Assembly (NCBI GenBank): GCA_046484665.1
Contig: JAWOIN010000143.1
Span: 21,585-85,584, forward strand
DNA: 64,000 nucleotides
Direction: 5' to 3'
From: Gemmatimonadota bacterium
GTDB lineage: Bacteria > Gemmatimonadota > Gemmatimonadetes > Palauibacterales > Palauibacteraceae
Shown: piece after piece, positions 1-10,209 of the stretch
Layout: each line of letters starts with the position of its first letter
Numbering within the stretch: position 1 is the first letter of the stretch
The notes under the pieces: model-generated
Databases searched by the model: none
The model's input: only the letters and a program-made list of their open reading frames with translations
What the model was told of the DNA's origin: nothing
Made by a program: the position numbers and the translations under genes

Positions 1-1113
1 GGCGATCTCCGGCATCCCGTCCTTCTTCACGAGCGGGAAGACGGCCGCCTTGATCGGCGCGAGCCGTGGGTGCAGCCGCAGCACGACCCGGGTCTCGCCC
101 TCGACTTCTTCCTCCTGGTAGCCGTTCACAAGCAGCACGAGCACGAGCCGGTCGAGCCCGATCGAGGTCTCGATCACGTAGGGGACGAAGCGCTTTCCGG
201 AGTGAGCCTCCACGTACTCGAGCTTCTTGCCCGACTTCTCCTGGTGCGCCTTGAGGTCGAAGTCGGTGCGGTTGTGGATCCCCTCGAACTCCTTCCAGCC
301 GAACGGGAGGAGGTACTCGATGTCCACGGCCTTCTTCGCGTAGTGCGCGAGCTCGTCGGGCCCGTGCGGCTGAAGCCGGAGCCGGTCCTCTCGGATCCCG
401 AGCGACCGGACCCAGGCGAGGCGGCGGTCCCGCCACGTCTCGAACCACTCGTCGTCCGTGCCCGGCTCGACGAAGAACTGCATCTCCATCTGCTCGAACT
501 CGCGGGTGCGGAACGTGAAGTTCCCCGGCGTGATCTCGTTCCGGAACGCCTTCCCGACCTGGGCGATCCCGAACGGGACTTTCTGCCGCGACGCGTCGAG
601 CACGTTGCGGAAGTTCACGAAGATCCCCTGGGCCGTCTCCGGGCGCAGGTAGACGACGGAGGTCGAGTCCTCGACCGCGCCCATGAACGTCCGGAACATC
701 AGGTTGAACTGCCGCGGCTCGGTGAACTGGCCGGTCACCCCGCAGGTCGGGCACTGGTCGGACTCGAGGGCGTCCGCCCGGTAGCGCCGGTGGCAGTTCC
801 GGCACTCCACGAGCGGGTCCGTGAAGCCCTCGACGTGGCCGCTGGCGACCCACACGTCCGGGTGCATGAGGATCCCCGCGTCCACCCCCTCGACGTCGTC
901 CCGCCGGTGCACCATCTCCGACCACCACGCGGCGCGCACGTTCTGCTTCAGCTCGACGCCGAGCGGCCCGTAATCGTAGACGGCCCCGACGCCGCCGTAG
1001 ATCTCGGACGACTGGAAGATGAAGCCCCTGCGCTTGCAGAGGGACACCAGCTTGTCCATGACGTCCGCGGGATAATCCTGCGCCGCCGCGGGCGCCTCCT
1101 TCGTCTCGCTCAA
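1..1113 (-). CDS. glyQS: Glycine--tRNA ligase (alpha2 type), 3' end runs off window
   Basis: Minus strand reads MDKLVSLCKRRGFIFQSSEIYGGVGAVYDYGPLGVELK and later LRPETAQGIF. Start is TTG at 1113 or ATG at 1059. Confidence 0.93.
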   Translation of the reverse strand, partial: MSETKEAPAAAQDYPADVMDKLVSLCKRRGFIFQSSEIYGGVGAVYDYGPLGVELKQNVRAAWWSEMVHRRDDVEGVDAGILMHPDVWVASGHVEGFTDPLVECRNCHRRYRADALESDQCPTCGVTGQFTEPRQFNLMFRTFMGAVEDSTSVVYLRPETAQGIFVNFRNVLDASRQKVPFGIAQVGKAFRNEITPGNFTFRTREFEQMEMQFFVEPGTDDEWFETWRDRRLAWVRSLGIREDRLRLQPHGPDELAHYAKKAVDIEYLLPFGWKEFEGIHNRTDFDLKAHQEKSGKKLEYVEAHSGKRFVPYVIETSIGLDRLVLVLLVNGYQEEEVEGETRVVLRLHPRLAPIKAAVFPLVKKDGMPEIA

Positions 1114-1243
1114 CGTTCTCTCGCTTCGTTCCGGGCCCGTGGAAGGGGACCGGAAGGATATCGGTTTGCGCGACAAGGCGGCAAGAAACAGGAGCGCCCG
1201 CCCGCGCCGGCACCGGAAGGGGAGGACCTTCCCGAACCGGTCG

Positions 1244-2638
1244 TCAGGCCCGGTCCCGGCTCGCAAGCCGCGCGCGGCGGCTCGAGGCGACGAGGATCCC
1301 CGTCACCAGCAGGGCGGAGGTGAGGCACCAGGCGCAGGTCGCCCCGATCACGAACGGCTCGAGGAAGGTGAGCCACGCCGAGAAACCGGTCGCCACGATG
1401 GCGAGACTCCACAGCAAGCGGTCCGCGAGGCCGGCCTCTTCGCGCCCTCCGCGGGCGCGGCGCCTCCGCCATCCGAGCCACCAGGCGCCGAGCATCAGCA
1501 GGTAGCCGACGAGGCCCAGCACGCCCACCGGCAGCATCCCGAACACTCGGGCGTACTCGCTCTGCTGGACCGTGTTGCAGTCGCCGACCGGCCCGCAGAC
1601 GGCATCCGAGCCCGTCGTCTCAACCCAGCTCAGATACCCTGCGACGAGGAGCCCTGCGATCGCGAGCCCGGGGATCAGCCACTCCGGGACATGCGGGGCG
1701 CGCCCGCGTCCGGCGACGACGGCGACGCTCCAGGCGAGCACGCCCAGCATCGCGCCGAGCACGAGGACGGAGAGCCCGTTCCCGACCGGGTCCTGCCAGA
1801 ACCGGTCGAGCGGGCCCAGCGTCGCCGTCGGCCCGGACCCTTCGGCGGAGAGCGCCGTCGTCGCGGTGGGAGCCCGTCCTCCGCCGGCTCCCGAGTCCGG
1901 GGCCGGCGCCCCGGGGACCGCGTCGACGGCCGGCGCCGCGTCCGCGTCCGGGTCCGTCAGCGCGGCCGCCACCGGCTCCGGCTCCGCGTCCGACGGCTCC
2001 GCCACCCGACCCGAGTCCGACGCGGACGGTCCGGGATCGGGGCGCCGTTCCGACGTGGCCGTGACCGCCGGCTCCGGCGCCGCATCCGACGGCGGCACCA
2101 CCACCTCCGCCGCCACCCCGATCGGCCCGGCGGCGGGCGCGTCCGCGACCCGATCCTCCGCAACCGGCTTCTCCGGCGTCGCCTCCGGCGGCTCGATGTG
2201 CCCATCCGCCACGAGCATCGCGCGCACGAGCGGGAGCTCGGGCCAGTCGATGCCGCCGGCCGCGAGGCCGCGATCGACGATCCCGGGAAAGCGCTCCGGG
2301 ATCTCGCCGGAGCCCACGAGACTCGCGTCGCCCACCACGAGCAGCGGGACCCCGCTCCGCTGCGGCGGGATGGCGAGCACGCGCACCGCCTCCTCGTACG
2401 CGGCGTTGCCCTCGCGCGTGGCCGCGTTGATGGCGATGATCGTGAGGCGGTCGCCGTGGCGGCCGAGGAGAGACGGAAGGTCCTGGAGCATCACCTGCTC
2501 GCAGTGCGGGCAGGTCGGCGAGAAGAACAGCACGGCCCGGACGGACGACTCCTGGGCCGCGAGCGGGCGCGCGGCGGGAAACCCGGCGGTCGCGGCCACC
2601 GCGAGCGCGGCGATGGCGACCGCCTCAGCTCTCCGCAT
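1244..2638 (-). CDS. Thioredoxin-like (CPHC) domain + Pro/Ala linker + vitamin K epoxide reductase (VKOR) domain
   Basis: Signal-like N-terminus and FFSPTCPHC. The C-terminal TM domain has CGPVGDCNTV and CAWC. ATG at 2638 overlaps the upstream stop. Confidence 0.85.
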   Translation of the reverse strand: MRRAEAVAIAALAVAATAGFPAARPLAAQESSVRAVLFFSPTCPHCEQVMLQDLPSLLGRHGDRLTIIAINAATREGNAAYEEAVRVLAIPPQRSGVPLLVVGDASLVGSGEIPERFPGIVDRGLAAGGIDWPELPLVRAMLVADGHIEPPEATPEKPVAEDRVADAPAAGPIGVAAEVVVPPSDAAPEPAVTATSERRPDPGPSASDSGRVAEPSDAEPEPVAAALTDPDADAAPAVDAVPGAPAPDSGAGGGRAPTATTALSAEGSGPTATLGPLDRFWQDPVGNGLSVLVLGAMLGVLAWSVAVVAGRGRAPHVPEWLIPGLAIAGLLVAGYLSWVETTGSDAVCGPVGDCNTVQQSEYARVFGMLPVGVLGLVGYLLMLGAWWLGWRRRRARGGREEAGLADRLLWSLAIVATGFSAWLTFLEPFVIGATCAWCLTSALLVTGILVASSRRARLASRDRA

Positions 2639-3569
2639 GGATCCGGTGGCAGAAGTACGACTCGCCGCCGTGCTCGACCCGGACCACGCGGCCTCTCGCG
2701 ACCAGCCTCTCCGCCGTCGAGGGGTCGGCACCCGCGTCGGACAGGTAGGCGCGGACCGCCGCGTCGCGCATCGGGTGCACCGCGAGGATCGCGAGCAGGT
2801 CCGCGACCGGGTCCGCACCGCCCCCGAAGCTCCCCTCCGGCTCGTGGATCAGCAGCTCGACCTCCCCGACCCGCGCCCGGAAGATCTCGTGCGCCCGCAC
2901 CAGCGACGCCTCGTCCGGCGGCGCGACTCCCGGCTCGGCCGGCGGCCGGATCGGCGCCGCGAGCCAGGCCCGGGCGGGCGAGAGCTCCGACACGAGGTCG
3001 GCCACCGCCTCCACGTGGTCAGGGCCATCGTTCCGACCGGCGACCAGCATCGTCTCGGTGATGAGCTCTCCCCCGTACTCCCGCGCGAAGCGCCGGACCC
3101 CTTCGAGGTGCGCCTCGAACGAGAGCCGTCCGTGCGGGCGGTTCACGTCGCGCCACGTCCGCTCGTCGGCCGCGTCCACCTTCACCGAGACGACGTCCGC
3201 CGCCGAGAGCTCCTCCCGCACCTCCGGCCTCCACAGCAGAGACCCGTTCGTGATCACCGCGACCGGCACCCCGAGGGTGCGGACGCCCCGGATCTCCTCT
3301 CCCAGGTGCAGATCCAGCGTGGGCTCGCCGTCCGGGACGAAGGTGACGAAGTCCACCGGCTCCCTCTCCTCCCGGCAGCTCGCGATGCGCCGCGCCACCG
3401 CGTCGACGACCTCGGCCGGGTCGAGGAACCGGCTCCGGTCGATCCGCATCCGGTCCGTCGCGCCGACCTGGCAGTACACGCAGGCGTAGCTGCAGTTCTT
3501 CGGGGGGACGTGGTTCACCCCGAGGCTGCGGCCGAGCCGGCGGGACGGGACCGGTCCGAACGTGATCAC
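2625..3569 (-). CDS. Radical SAM protein (COG0731-like)
   Basis: FGPVPSRRLGRSLGVN, CSYACVYC (CxxxCxxC), GEPTL, VITNGSL. GTG start at 3569. Confidence 0.88.
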   Translation of the reverse strand: MITFGPVPSRRLGRSLGVNHVPPKNCSYACVYCQVGATDRMRIDRSRFLDPAEVVDAVARRIASCREEREPVDFVTFVPDGEPTLDLHLGEEIRGVRTLGVPVAVITNGSLLWRPEVREELSAADVVSVKVDAADERTWRDVNRPHGRLSFEAHLEGVRRFAREYGGELITETMLVAGRNDGPDHVEAVADLVSELSPARAWLAAPIRPPAEPGVAPPDEASLVRAHEIFRARVGEVELLIHEPEGSFGGGADPVADLLAILAVHPMRDAAVRAYLSDAGADPSTAERLVARGRVVRVEHGGESYFCHRIHAES

Positions 3570-3961
3570 GATCTCCGCGACCCGTCGCCGTGCGCGACGT
3601 CGTAGTGGTCTCCCCGGCAGGCGGAATCCGGCGTGACGGCCTTCACCCGCCCCTCGTTGTAGGCGTGCAGGGCCTCCGTGACGTCGAACGCGTCCGCGAG
3701 GAAGACCCCGATCCCGAGCTCCCGACACCGGTCGAACGCGCGGCGGCCGATGCCGCGGCAGACGAGGGCGTCGGGCGAGCGGTCGCGCAGCGCGTCGAGC
3801 GGGCGGCAGGCGCCGTGCTCGTGCCGTGCCGTCGCGTTCGGGAGCGTCTCCACCCGGCCGGTCCGGCTGTCCACCAGCGTGAACCAGGGCGCGCGTCCGA
3901 AGTGCGGCGAGAGCCGCGCCGAGAGGCCGCCGTCATCCGTGGTCGGAACGCAGAGCAACAT
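3566..3961 (-). CDS. NifB/NifX-family (FeMo-cofactor-binding-like) protein
   Basis: LSPHFGRAPWF and CRGIGRRA motifs. ATG at 3961. Confidence 0.85.
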   Translation of the reverse strand: MLLCVPTTDDGGLSARLSPHFGRAPWFTLVDSRTGRVETLPNATARHEHGACRPLDALRDRSPDALVCRGIGRRAFDRCRELGIGVFLADAFDVTEALHAYNEGRVKAVTPDSACRGDHYDVAHGDGSRRS

Positions 3962-4244
3962 GATCTCCCTCCGGTGCGATGCGAAGCGCGGCGTTCGAGA
4001 GCAGGGCGGCGAGGAGCTTCGCGCGCCCCGACTTGAGGAGACGCTGTACGGTGCCCCGCGACACGCCCATCCGCTCGCCCGCCGCCGACTGGTCGTGGCC
4101 CTCCAGGTCGCACAGCCGCATCGCCTCGACCTCATCGAGCGCGAGGTCCACGATCGCGAGATCGGTCATCGGGATCGAGCGCGGCTTCCAGATCGCGTCG
4201 CCCTCGAACCGGCGGCAGCTGCGCGTCTTCCGGGGTCGGGCCAC
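3933..4244 (-). CDS. DUF134 HTH DNA-binding protein
   Basis: MARPRK...EVEAMRLCDLEG.DQ..AGERMGVSRGTVQRLL..GR.K. Confidence 0.88.
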   Translation of the reverse strand: MARPRKTRSCRRFEGDAIWKPRSIPMTDLAIVDLALDEVEAMRLCDLEGHDQSAAGERMGVSRGTVQRLLKSGRAKLLAALLSNAALRIAPEGDHVALRSDHG

Positions 4245-4257
4245 GGCGCCTCCATTC

Positions 4258-4271
4258 TGTGCATATGCACA
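4258..4271. promoter_or_regulatory. Perfect 14-bp palindrome TGTGCATATGCACA, putative operator of the DUF134 operon
   Basis: Lies directly downstream of the minus-strand TTGACC...TGcCATAAT promoter and upstream of the GGAGG SD. Confidence 0.65.
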
Positions 4272-4293
4272 TTATGGCATCCGGAACCGCCGG

Positions 4294-5370
4294 TCAACCG
4301 GCGCCGGCCGTCCGCAGCGCCTCCTCCACGAGCCGCGCCAGGCCTCCCGCATCGAGCCGCGCGCCTCCTCCGTCCGCGGCGTGCACCTCCGCCGGCGCGG
4401 CGCCCTCGATCCGTCCACAGGCGAGCAGGGCCGGCACGCCCGCGTCGCGCGCGCGCTCGAGCACGCGGGCCGTGATCTTCCCCAGGCCCGAAGTCGGATC
4501 CCAGGCGCCCTCGCCCGTGACCACCAGGTCGGCGCCGTCCAGCTCCCCGTCGAAGCCCGTCCGCTCCAGGACCCAGTCCGAGCCGTCCGCCAGCTCCGCC
4601 CCGGCGAAGGCCACGAGGCCGTATCCCAGCCCTCCCGCCGCGCCCGCCCCGGGAAGGTCGCGCGGATCGCGGCCCGCGTCGCGCGCCACGCGGTCGGCGA
4701 GGCGGGCGAGTCCGCGCTCGAGCGCCTCGACCAGGGCGGGCGTCGCTCCCTTCTGCGGCCCGAACCGCCGCGCCGCCCCGTCGGGGCCGAGGAGCGGGCT
4801 GCGGACGTCGGCGAGGGCCGTCACGCCGAGGGACGGCGGAGACGCCGGGACGATCCGGGCGAGACGCTCCAGCGGCGCGCCGCCGGGCGGCAGATCGTTT
4901 CCGCCTGCGTCCAGGAAGCGCCAGCCGAGCGCGCGCGCGAGGCCGCATCCCCCGTCGACCGAGGCCGAGCCGCCGAGCCCGACGAACGCGCGTCGCGCCC
5001 CGCGGTCCGCGCAGGCGAGGAGAAGGGTGCCGACGCCGCGCGTGTCGGCTCCGGCTGGGTCGCGGGCCGGTCCGGGGACGAGGTGCAGCCCGCACGCCTC
5101 CGCCGCCTCGATCACGACCTCGTCGGGAGCGGTCCACAGGGTCTCGGCGCCGACCGGTCCTCCCAGCGGGCCCGTCGTCCGGAAGCTCCGCCGCTCGCCG
5201 CCGATGACGGCTCCGATCGCGTCGAGCAGGCCGGGCCCGCCGTCCGAGAGGGGCAGGACCCGCGTGGTCGCACCGGGCAGCGCGCTCCGGACGCCCCCGT
5301 CCATCGCCGCCGCGGCCGCGGCGGCGGTCAGGGTCCCCTTGAAGCCGGTGGGGCAGACGAGGACGTGCAC
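4294..5370 (-). CDS. Glycerate kinase (GlxK/GarK family)
   Basis: PTGFKGTL, PLSDGGPG, GLGGSASVDGG, FGPQKGA, GAGAAGG, VVTGEG. Confidence 0.9.
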   Translation of the reverse strand: MHVLVCPTGFKGTLTAAAAAAAMDGGVRSALPGATTRVLPLSDGGPGLLDAIGAVIGGERRSFRTTGPLGGPVGAETLWTAPDEVVIEAAEACGLHLVPGPARDPAGADTRGVGTLLLACADRGARRAFVGLGGSASVDGGCGLARALGWRFLDAGGNDLPPGGAPLERLARIVPASPPSLGVTALADVRSPLLGPDGAARRFGPQKGATPALVEALERGLARLADRVARDAGRDPRDLPGAGAAGGLGYGLVAFAGAELADGSDWVLERTGFDGELDGADLVVTGEGAWDPTSGLGKITARVLERARDAGVPALLACGRIEGAAPAEVHAADGGGARLDAGGLARLVEEALRTAGAG

Positions 5371-5453
5371 GCGACCTCCGCTCGGGTTCCGCCGGGAAAG
5401 CTACGGCGGCCCGCGGCGTCGCGCAGTCCGACCGGAGCCCGTACTCTTGGCGC

Positions 5454-6272
5454 ATGTTCGGAGCGGGTGGCGGCATACGGGTGATCGGGCACCGGGGCGG
5501 CGCCGGAAGCGCCCCCGAGAACACCGTGGCGGCGATCCGGCACGGCGTCGAGGCGGGCGCCGACGCGATCGAGTTCGACGTACACGCCACGCGCGACGGG
5601 CGGATCGTGCTGTTTCACGATGACACCCTCGAGCGCACCACGGACGGGACGGGCGCGGTCGAGGCACGGACGCTCGCGGAGCTCCGCCGGCTCGACGCCG
5701 GATTCCGCTTCACGCCGGACTTCGGCCGCAGCTTCCCGTTCCGCGGGGCGGGCGTCCGGATCCCGACGCTCGAGGAGGCGCTCGAGGCGACCGCCGGGCT
5801 CCCCGTGGTGTGCGAGGTCAAGACGGCCGCCGCGGGCGCGCGGCTCGCGGAGTGGCTGCCCGGCCGGCCGGAGCGGGACCGGATGATCGTGGGAGGGTTC
5901 GACGCCGCCGCGCTGGCTCCCGCGGCGGCCGCGGCGCGCTGGCGCTGCGCCGGCCGGGAGGATCTCGCGCCCCTGGTCCTTCTGGGGCGGCTCGGGCTCC
6001 CCGCTCGCCTCCCGCCCGACGTCGGCGCCGCGATGGTGCCCGTGCGACGGGGCGCGATCCGGGTCGTCACCCGCGGCTTCGTGCGGCGCTGTCACGCGAC
6101 GGGGGCCGGGGTCCACGTGTGGACCGTGAACCGGCCGGACGAGATGCGTTCCCTGCTCGACCTCGGCGTGGACGGCGTGATCAGCGACTTCCCCGCGCTG
6201 GCCCGCCGGATCGTCGAGGAGCGGCTCGCGGCGGGCGGTGCCGGGAGCGAGGCCACGTCGGAGGCGGAGTGA
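5454..6272 (+). CDS. Glycerophosphodiester phosphodiesterase
   Basis: GHRG, PENT, EFDV, HDDTLERTT, VWTVN, GVDGVISDFP. Confidence 0.92.
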   Translation: MFGAGGGIRVIGHRGGAGSAPENTVAAIRHGVEAGADAIEFDVHATRDGRIVLFHDDTLERTTDGTGAVEARTLAELRRLDAGFRFTPDFGRSFPFRGAGVRIPTLEEALEATAGLPVVCEVKTAAAGARLAEWLPGRPERDRMIVGGFDAAALAPAAAAARWRCAGREDLAPLVLLGRLGLPARLPPDVGAAMVPVRRGAIRVVTRGFVRRCHATGAGVHVWTVNRPDEMRSLLDLGVDGVISDFPALARRIVEERLAAGGAGSEATSEAE

Positions 6273-6296
6273 CGTCCGGCGCGAGCCCGCGCGGGA

Positions 6297-6686
6297 TCAA
6301 CCCGTCACGAAGGCGTCCGCCTCGATCTCGACGAGCATCGCCGGGTCGATCAGCCGGCTCACCTCGACCATCGAGGTGGCCGGCAGGATCCCGCCGAAGA
6401 CCTCGCCGTGCGCGCGGCCGATCTCTTCCCAGTCGGCGATGTTGACGACGTACATGCGCGTGCGGACCACGTCGGCGAGCGAGGCGCCGGCCCGCTCGAG
6501 CGCCGTGGCGATGTTCTCCAGGCAGCGGGCCGTCTGGGCGTACGCGTCGCCGGCGCCGGCGACCGTGCCGTCCGGCCCGGTCGCCGTCGTGCCCGACACG
6601 TGCACGTGCGGCCCGACGCGCACGGCCCGGGAGTATCCGACGATGGGCTCCCAGGGCGCGCCGGACGAGATGTTCTTCCGGTCCAC
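6297..6686 (-). CDS. RidA/YjgF family protein
   Basis: [19 protein letters not shown]...VSGTT...[11 protein letters not shown] start at 6686. Confidence 0.9.
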   Translation of the reverse strand: MDRKNISSGAPWEPIVGYSRAVRVGPHVHVSGTTATGPDGTVAGAGDAYAQTARCLENIATALERAGASLADVVRTRMYVVNIADWEEIGRAHGEVFGGILPATSMVEVSRLIDPAMLVEIEADAFVTG

Positions 6687-6857
6687 CGGTCCTCCGATCC
6701 GTTGGGGCCTGGTCCTTCGAGCGCGACGGGGAAGATAGCGACGACCGCGCCGCGCCGGAGAAAACGGTGAACTCCCGCCCAGAGCGTCGGTGTATGCAGA
6801 CGACGGGACGACGGGACGTCGGATGGCGAGCTTCGGGAGCGACGCAGGAGGCGGGGG

Positions 6858-7250
6858 ATGGAGCGAGAGGCCGAGATCTCGACCGGAGGCGGCCTGACGG
6901 GACGGGGATTCGGCGAGATGGGACTCGCCGGCTTCTCGGACGGGGCCTCCTGCGCGCTGTCGCTCGGGCTCTCGAGCGGCGACCTGTTCCCGCGCTTCGT
7001 CGGGCACTCGGCGGGCTTCCTCGCGCCGGGCGAGCCGATCGTCGGCATGCCCCGAATCTGGATGTCGCACGGGACCGGCGACGCCGTCTTCCCCGTCTCG
7101 GCCGGACGGCAGGTCGAGCTCCGCCCGCTGAACGACGGCTACGACCTCGCGTTCACGGAGTTCGACGGCGGCCACGCGATCCCTCCCGCGATCGCCGGGG
7201 CCGCGCTCGACTGGTTACCGGCCCGGGACCGGGACGGGATGCGCGCATGA
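6858..7250 (+). pseudogene. Truncated phospholipase/carboxylesterase (C-terminal half only)
   Basis: GFSDGAS nucleophile elbow, SHGTGD and FDGGH are present, but the N-terminal half of the fold is missing. Confidence 0.55.
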
Positions 7251-8476
7251 CCCCTCGCACGATCCTCCACGTCGACATGGACGCGTTCTTCGCGGCCGTC
7301 GAGGAGCGCGAGGACCCGTCGCTGCGGGGCAGGCCGGTGGTGATCGGCGCCGACCCGAAGCGCGGGACGGGGCGCGGCGTCGTCGCCACCGCGAACTACG
7401 AGGCGCGGAAGTACGGGATCGGCTCGGCGATGCCGATCGGCCAGGCCTGGCGCCGCTGCCCCCACGCCGTCTTCCTCCCGCCCCGCGGGCGGCTGTACCG
7501 GGCGGCCTCGGAGCGGGTGTTCGCGATCCTCGGGAGCTTCACGGACCTGGTCGAGCCGCTGAGCATCGACGAGGCCTTCCTCGACGTCACCGCGAGCCTC
7601 CGCCTCCTCGGGGACGGCGCGACGATCGCGCGCGCGATCAAGGACCGGATCCGGAGCGAGGAGTCGCTCACCGCCTCGGTCGGGGCCGCGGGCTCGAAGT
7701 ACGTGGCGAAGGTCGCGAGCGACCTCGAGAAGCCGGACGGGCTCGTGGTGGTCGCGCCGGGGACCGAGGCGGAGTTCCTCGCCCCGCTCTCCGTGAGCCG
7801 ATTGTGGGGCGCGGGGCCGAAGGCGCAGGAGGGACTCCGCGCGCTCGGCTGCCGGACGATCGGCGACGTGGCGGCGCTCGACCCCGCCGTGCTCGTCCGG
7901 CGCTTCGGCGAGGCGACCGGCGAGCACTTCGCCCGGCTCGCCCGCGGGATCGACGCCCGGAGCGTGAGGCCTGACCGGGAGCGGAAGTCGCTCGGCAAGG
8001 AGGTCACGTTCGACGAGGACGTCGCGGACCGGGAGGTCGTCGAGCGGACCCTGCTCGGCCTCTGCGAGCGGGTCGCGGCCTCGCTCCGAAAGCGACGGCT
8101 CGCCGGCACGACGGTGACGGTGAAGCTCCGGTTCGAGGGGTTCGAGACCCACACCAGGCAGCGGACTCTGGACGCGCCGGTGGACACGCTCGATGCGCTG
8201 TGGCCGGCGGCCCGTGCCTTGTTCCGCGAGGTGGACCGGACGAAGCGGAAGGTCCGCCTGATCGGCGTGACGGTGTCGGGGTTCGAGGCCGGCGCGGCCC
8301 AGCTCGGGCTGTTCGAAGGTGGCCGTCCCGAGGTCGACCGGCGCGTGGCCGCGGTGGTGGACCGCCTCTCGGAGCGGTACGGTCGGGGTGCGGTGACGCG
8401 CGCGGCGCTTCTCGAGGACCGCGCGGAAGGAGAGGGGGGGGAGCACGAGAGGGGCGAAAGGGGGGCGGAGGAGTGA
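7247..8476 (+). CDS. dinB: DNA polymerase IV
   Basis: ILHVDMDAFFAAVE, YEARKYGIGSAMP, SIDEAFLD, AKVASDLEKPDG. Confidence 0.95.
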   Translation: MTPRTILHVDMDAFFAAVEEREDPSLRGRPVVIGADPKRGTGRGVVATANYEARKYGIGSAMPIGQAWRRCPHAVFLPPRGRLYRAASERVFAILGSFTDLVEPLSIDEAFLDVTASLRLLGDGATIARAIKDRIRSEESLTASVGAAGSKYVAKVASDLEKPDGLVVVAPGTEAEFLAPLSVSRLWGAGPKAQEGLRALGCRTIGDVAALDPAVLVRRFGEATGEHFARLARGIDARSVRPDRERKSLGKEVTFDEDVADREVVERTLLGLCERVAASLRKRRLAGTTVTVKLRFEGFETHTRQRTLDAPVDTLDALWPAARALFREVDRTKRKVRLIGVTVSGFEAGAAQLGLFEGGRPEVDRRVAAVVDRLSERYGRGAVTRAALLEDRAEGEGGEHERGERGAEE

Positions 8477-9567
8477 AGGGGACGGACATCGTTCGGATCG
8501 GGAGACGGACCGTCGCGGGGGCGCTCGTCGGACTGCTCCTGTCAGTTCCGTGGAAGGGCGCGCACGCACAGCCGTCCGCGGCGGACGGCTCGCGGCTCGA
8601 GGTCCGCGTGGACTTCGAGGAGGCCGAGGCGGCGCTCGCGATCCTCGAGAAGCAGGCCGCGGGGCTCGCGGTGACGGAGGAAGACTGGGCGCGACTCGAG
8701 TCCTCCGAGGGCTGGCTCCGGATGCGACAGCGGAACGCGGAGTTCGGGCGGACCTCCTTCCCCGCGGACGTCCGCGCCTACCTGACCTCCGGCGAGACCG
8801 TGGCCCGGGCCGGAGCCCTTCGCGCGGCGGTGGAGTCCTGGCGAGGTCTGGACGCCCGGGCCGCGGCGTCCCGGGCGCTGGCATACCTCCCGGACGAAAC
8901 CTTGCTCCGCGCCACCATCTACCCGGCCGTGAAGCCGCGCCCGAACAGCTACGTGTACGAGCTGGAGACGGACCCCGCGATCTTCTTCCACGTCGACCCG
9001 GACCGTTCCCCGGGCCAGCTCGAGAACACGCTGGCGCACGAACTCCACCACGTGGGGTCGGCGACGTGCCCCGAGCCTCCGGGCCTCGACACGCTGCCCG
9101 AGGAAGCGCGACTCACGGTCTCCTGGCTGAGCGCGTTCGGCGAGGGAATGGCCGTGCTCGCGGCGGCCGGGGGGCCCGACGTCCACCCGCACGCGACGAG
9201 CGCCGCCGGTGAGTGGCTCGTATGGGAGCGGGACGTCGCCAACATCGCGAGCGACGTCGGCCGCGTGGAGGCGTTCTTCACGGCGATCCTCGACGGGAGG
9301 CTGGCCGGGGACGAGGCGCGCGCGGAGCTGTTCTCCCTGATCAACGCCGAGGGAGTGCCGCAGGGCCCGTTCTACACGGTCGGCTGGAAGATGGCCGCGA
9401 TCGTCGAGCGGGCGTTCGGACGTCCCGCGGTGGTCGCCGCCGTGTGCGACCCGCGGCGGCTCCTCGTGCGCTACAATGCAGCGGCACGTGCGTACCCGCG
9501 GCCCGACGCGACCCCGCTGCCCCTGTGGAGCGAGGCGTTCCTGCGGCGAATCGACGCCGCCGACTGA
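8473..9567 (+). CDS. Exported putative Zn-dependent protease (DUF5700-like)
   Basis: Signal peptide, AHELHH followed by EG, QGPFYTVGWKMA. Confidence 0.7.
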   Translation: MKGTDIVRIGRRTVAGALVGLLLSVPWKGAHAQPSAADGSRLEVRVDFEEAEAALAILEKQAAGLAVTEEDWARLESSEGWLRMRQRNAEFGRTSFPADVRAYLTSGETVARAGALRAAVESWRGLDARAAASRALAYLPDETLLRATIYPAVKPRPNSYVYELETDPAIFFHVDPDRSPGQLENTLAHELHHVGSATCPEPPGLDTLPEEARLTVSWLSAFGEGMAVLAAAGGPDVHPHATSAAGEWLVWERDVANIASDVGRVEAFFTAILDGRLAGDEARAELFSLINAEGVPQGPFYTVGWKMAAIVERAFGRPAVVAAVCDPRRLLVRYNAAARAYPRPDATPLPLWSEAFLRRIDAAD

Positions 9568-9579
9568 CGAGAGGAGACC

Positions 9580-10167
9580 ATGGCGAACCTTCCCTCGCGC
9601 GAGGAGGCCCTCGCGCTGATGCACGAGCACACGGAGACCGCGAGCCTCCGCAAGCACATGTACGCCGTCGAGGCCGCGATGCGCGCCTACGCCCGGAAGT
9701 ACGGCGAGGACGAGGAGCTGTGGGGAATCGCCGGTCTCATCCACGACTTCGACTACGAGCGCTTCCCGAACGAGGCGCGGAGCCCCACGGAGGAGCACCC
9801 GTCGAGCGGCGTGGCGATCCTGCGCGAGCGCGGCTGGCCCGACGAGGTGCTGCACGCCGTGATGGCGCACGCGGAGCACACCGGCGTCGCGCCCGAGACG
9901 CGGATGGCCCGGGTGCTGCGCGCCGTGGACGAGCTGACGGGCTTCGTGATCGCCTGCTCCCTCGTGCGACCGACCGGGATCACGGACCTCGGGGCGAAGT
10001 CGGTGAAGAAGAAGCTGAAGGACCGCGCCTTCGCCGCCGCCGTGAACCGGGAGGAGATCGTCGAGTACGCCGGGGCGATCGGCGAGGACCTCACGGAGCA
10101 CATCGACTTCGTGATCGAGGCGATGCGGGGGATCGCGGGGGAGCTCGGGCTTCAGGCCAGGACCTGA
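9580..10167 (+). CDS. HDIG/HD-domain hydrolase
   Basis: LRKH, GLIHDFDYE, DELTGF, SVKKKLKDRAFAAAVNRE. GAGGAG SD. Confidence 0.9.
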   Translation: MANLPSREEALALMHEHTETASLRKHMYAVEAAMRAYARKYGEDEELWGIAGLIHDFDYERFPNEARSPTEEHPSSGVAILRERGWPDEVLHAVMAHAEHTGVAPETRMARVLRAVDELTGFVIACSLVRPTGITDLGAKSVKKKLKDRAFAAAVNREEIVEYAGAIGEDLTEHIDFVIEAMRGIAGELGLQART

Positions 10168-10209
10168 TTGTCGGCCCTGGCGAGAGGACCGCTTCGGTCG
10201 GAGAGGATA

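Noticed and set aside
1850-2200. Low-complexity repeat-like DNA
   Set aside because: It encodes the Pro/Ala linker of the VKOR fusion. There are no regular repeat-spacer units, so it is not CRISPR.
3566-3961. Nitrogen fixation inferred from the NifX-like gene
   Set aside because: No nifHDK in the window. The family is common in non-diazotrophs beside DUF134.
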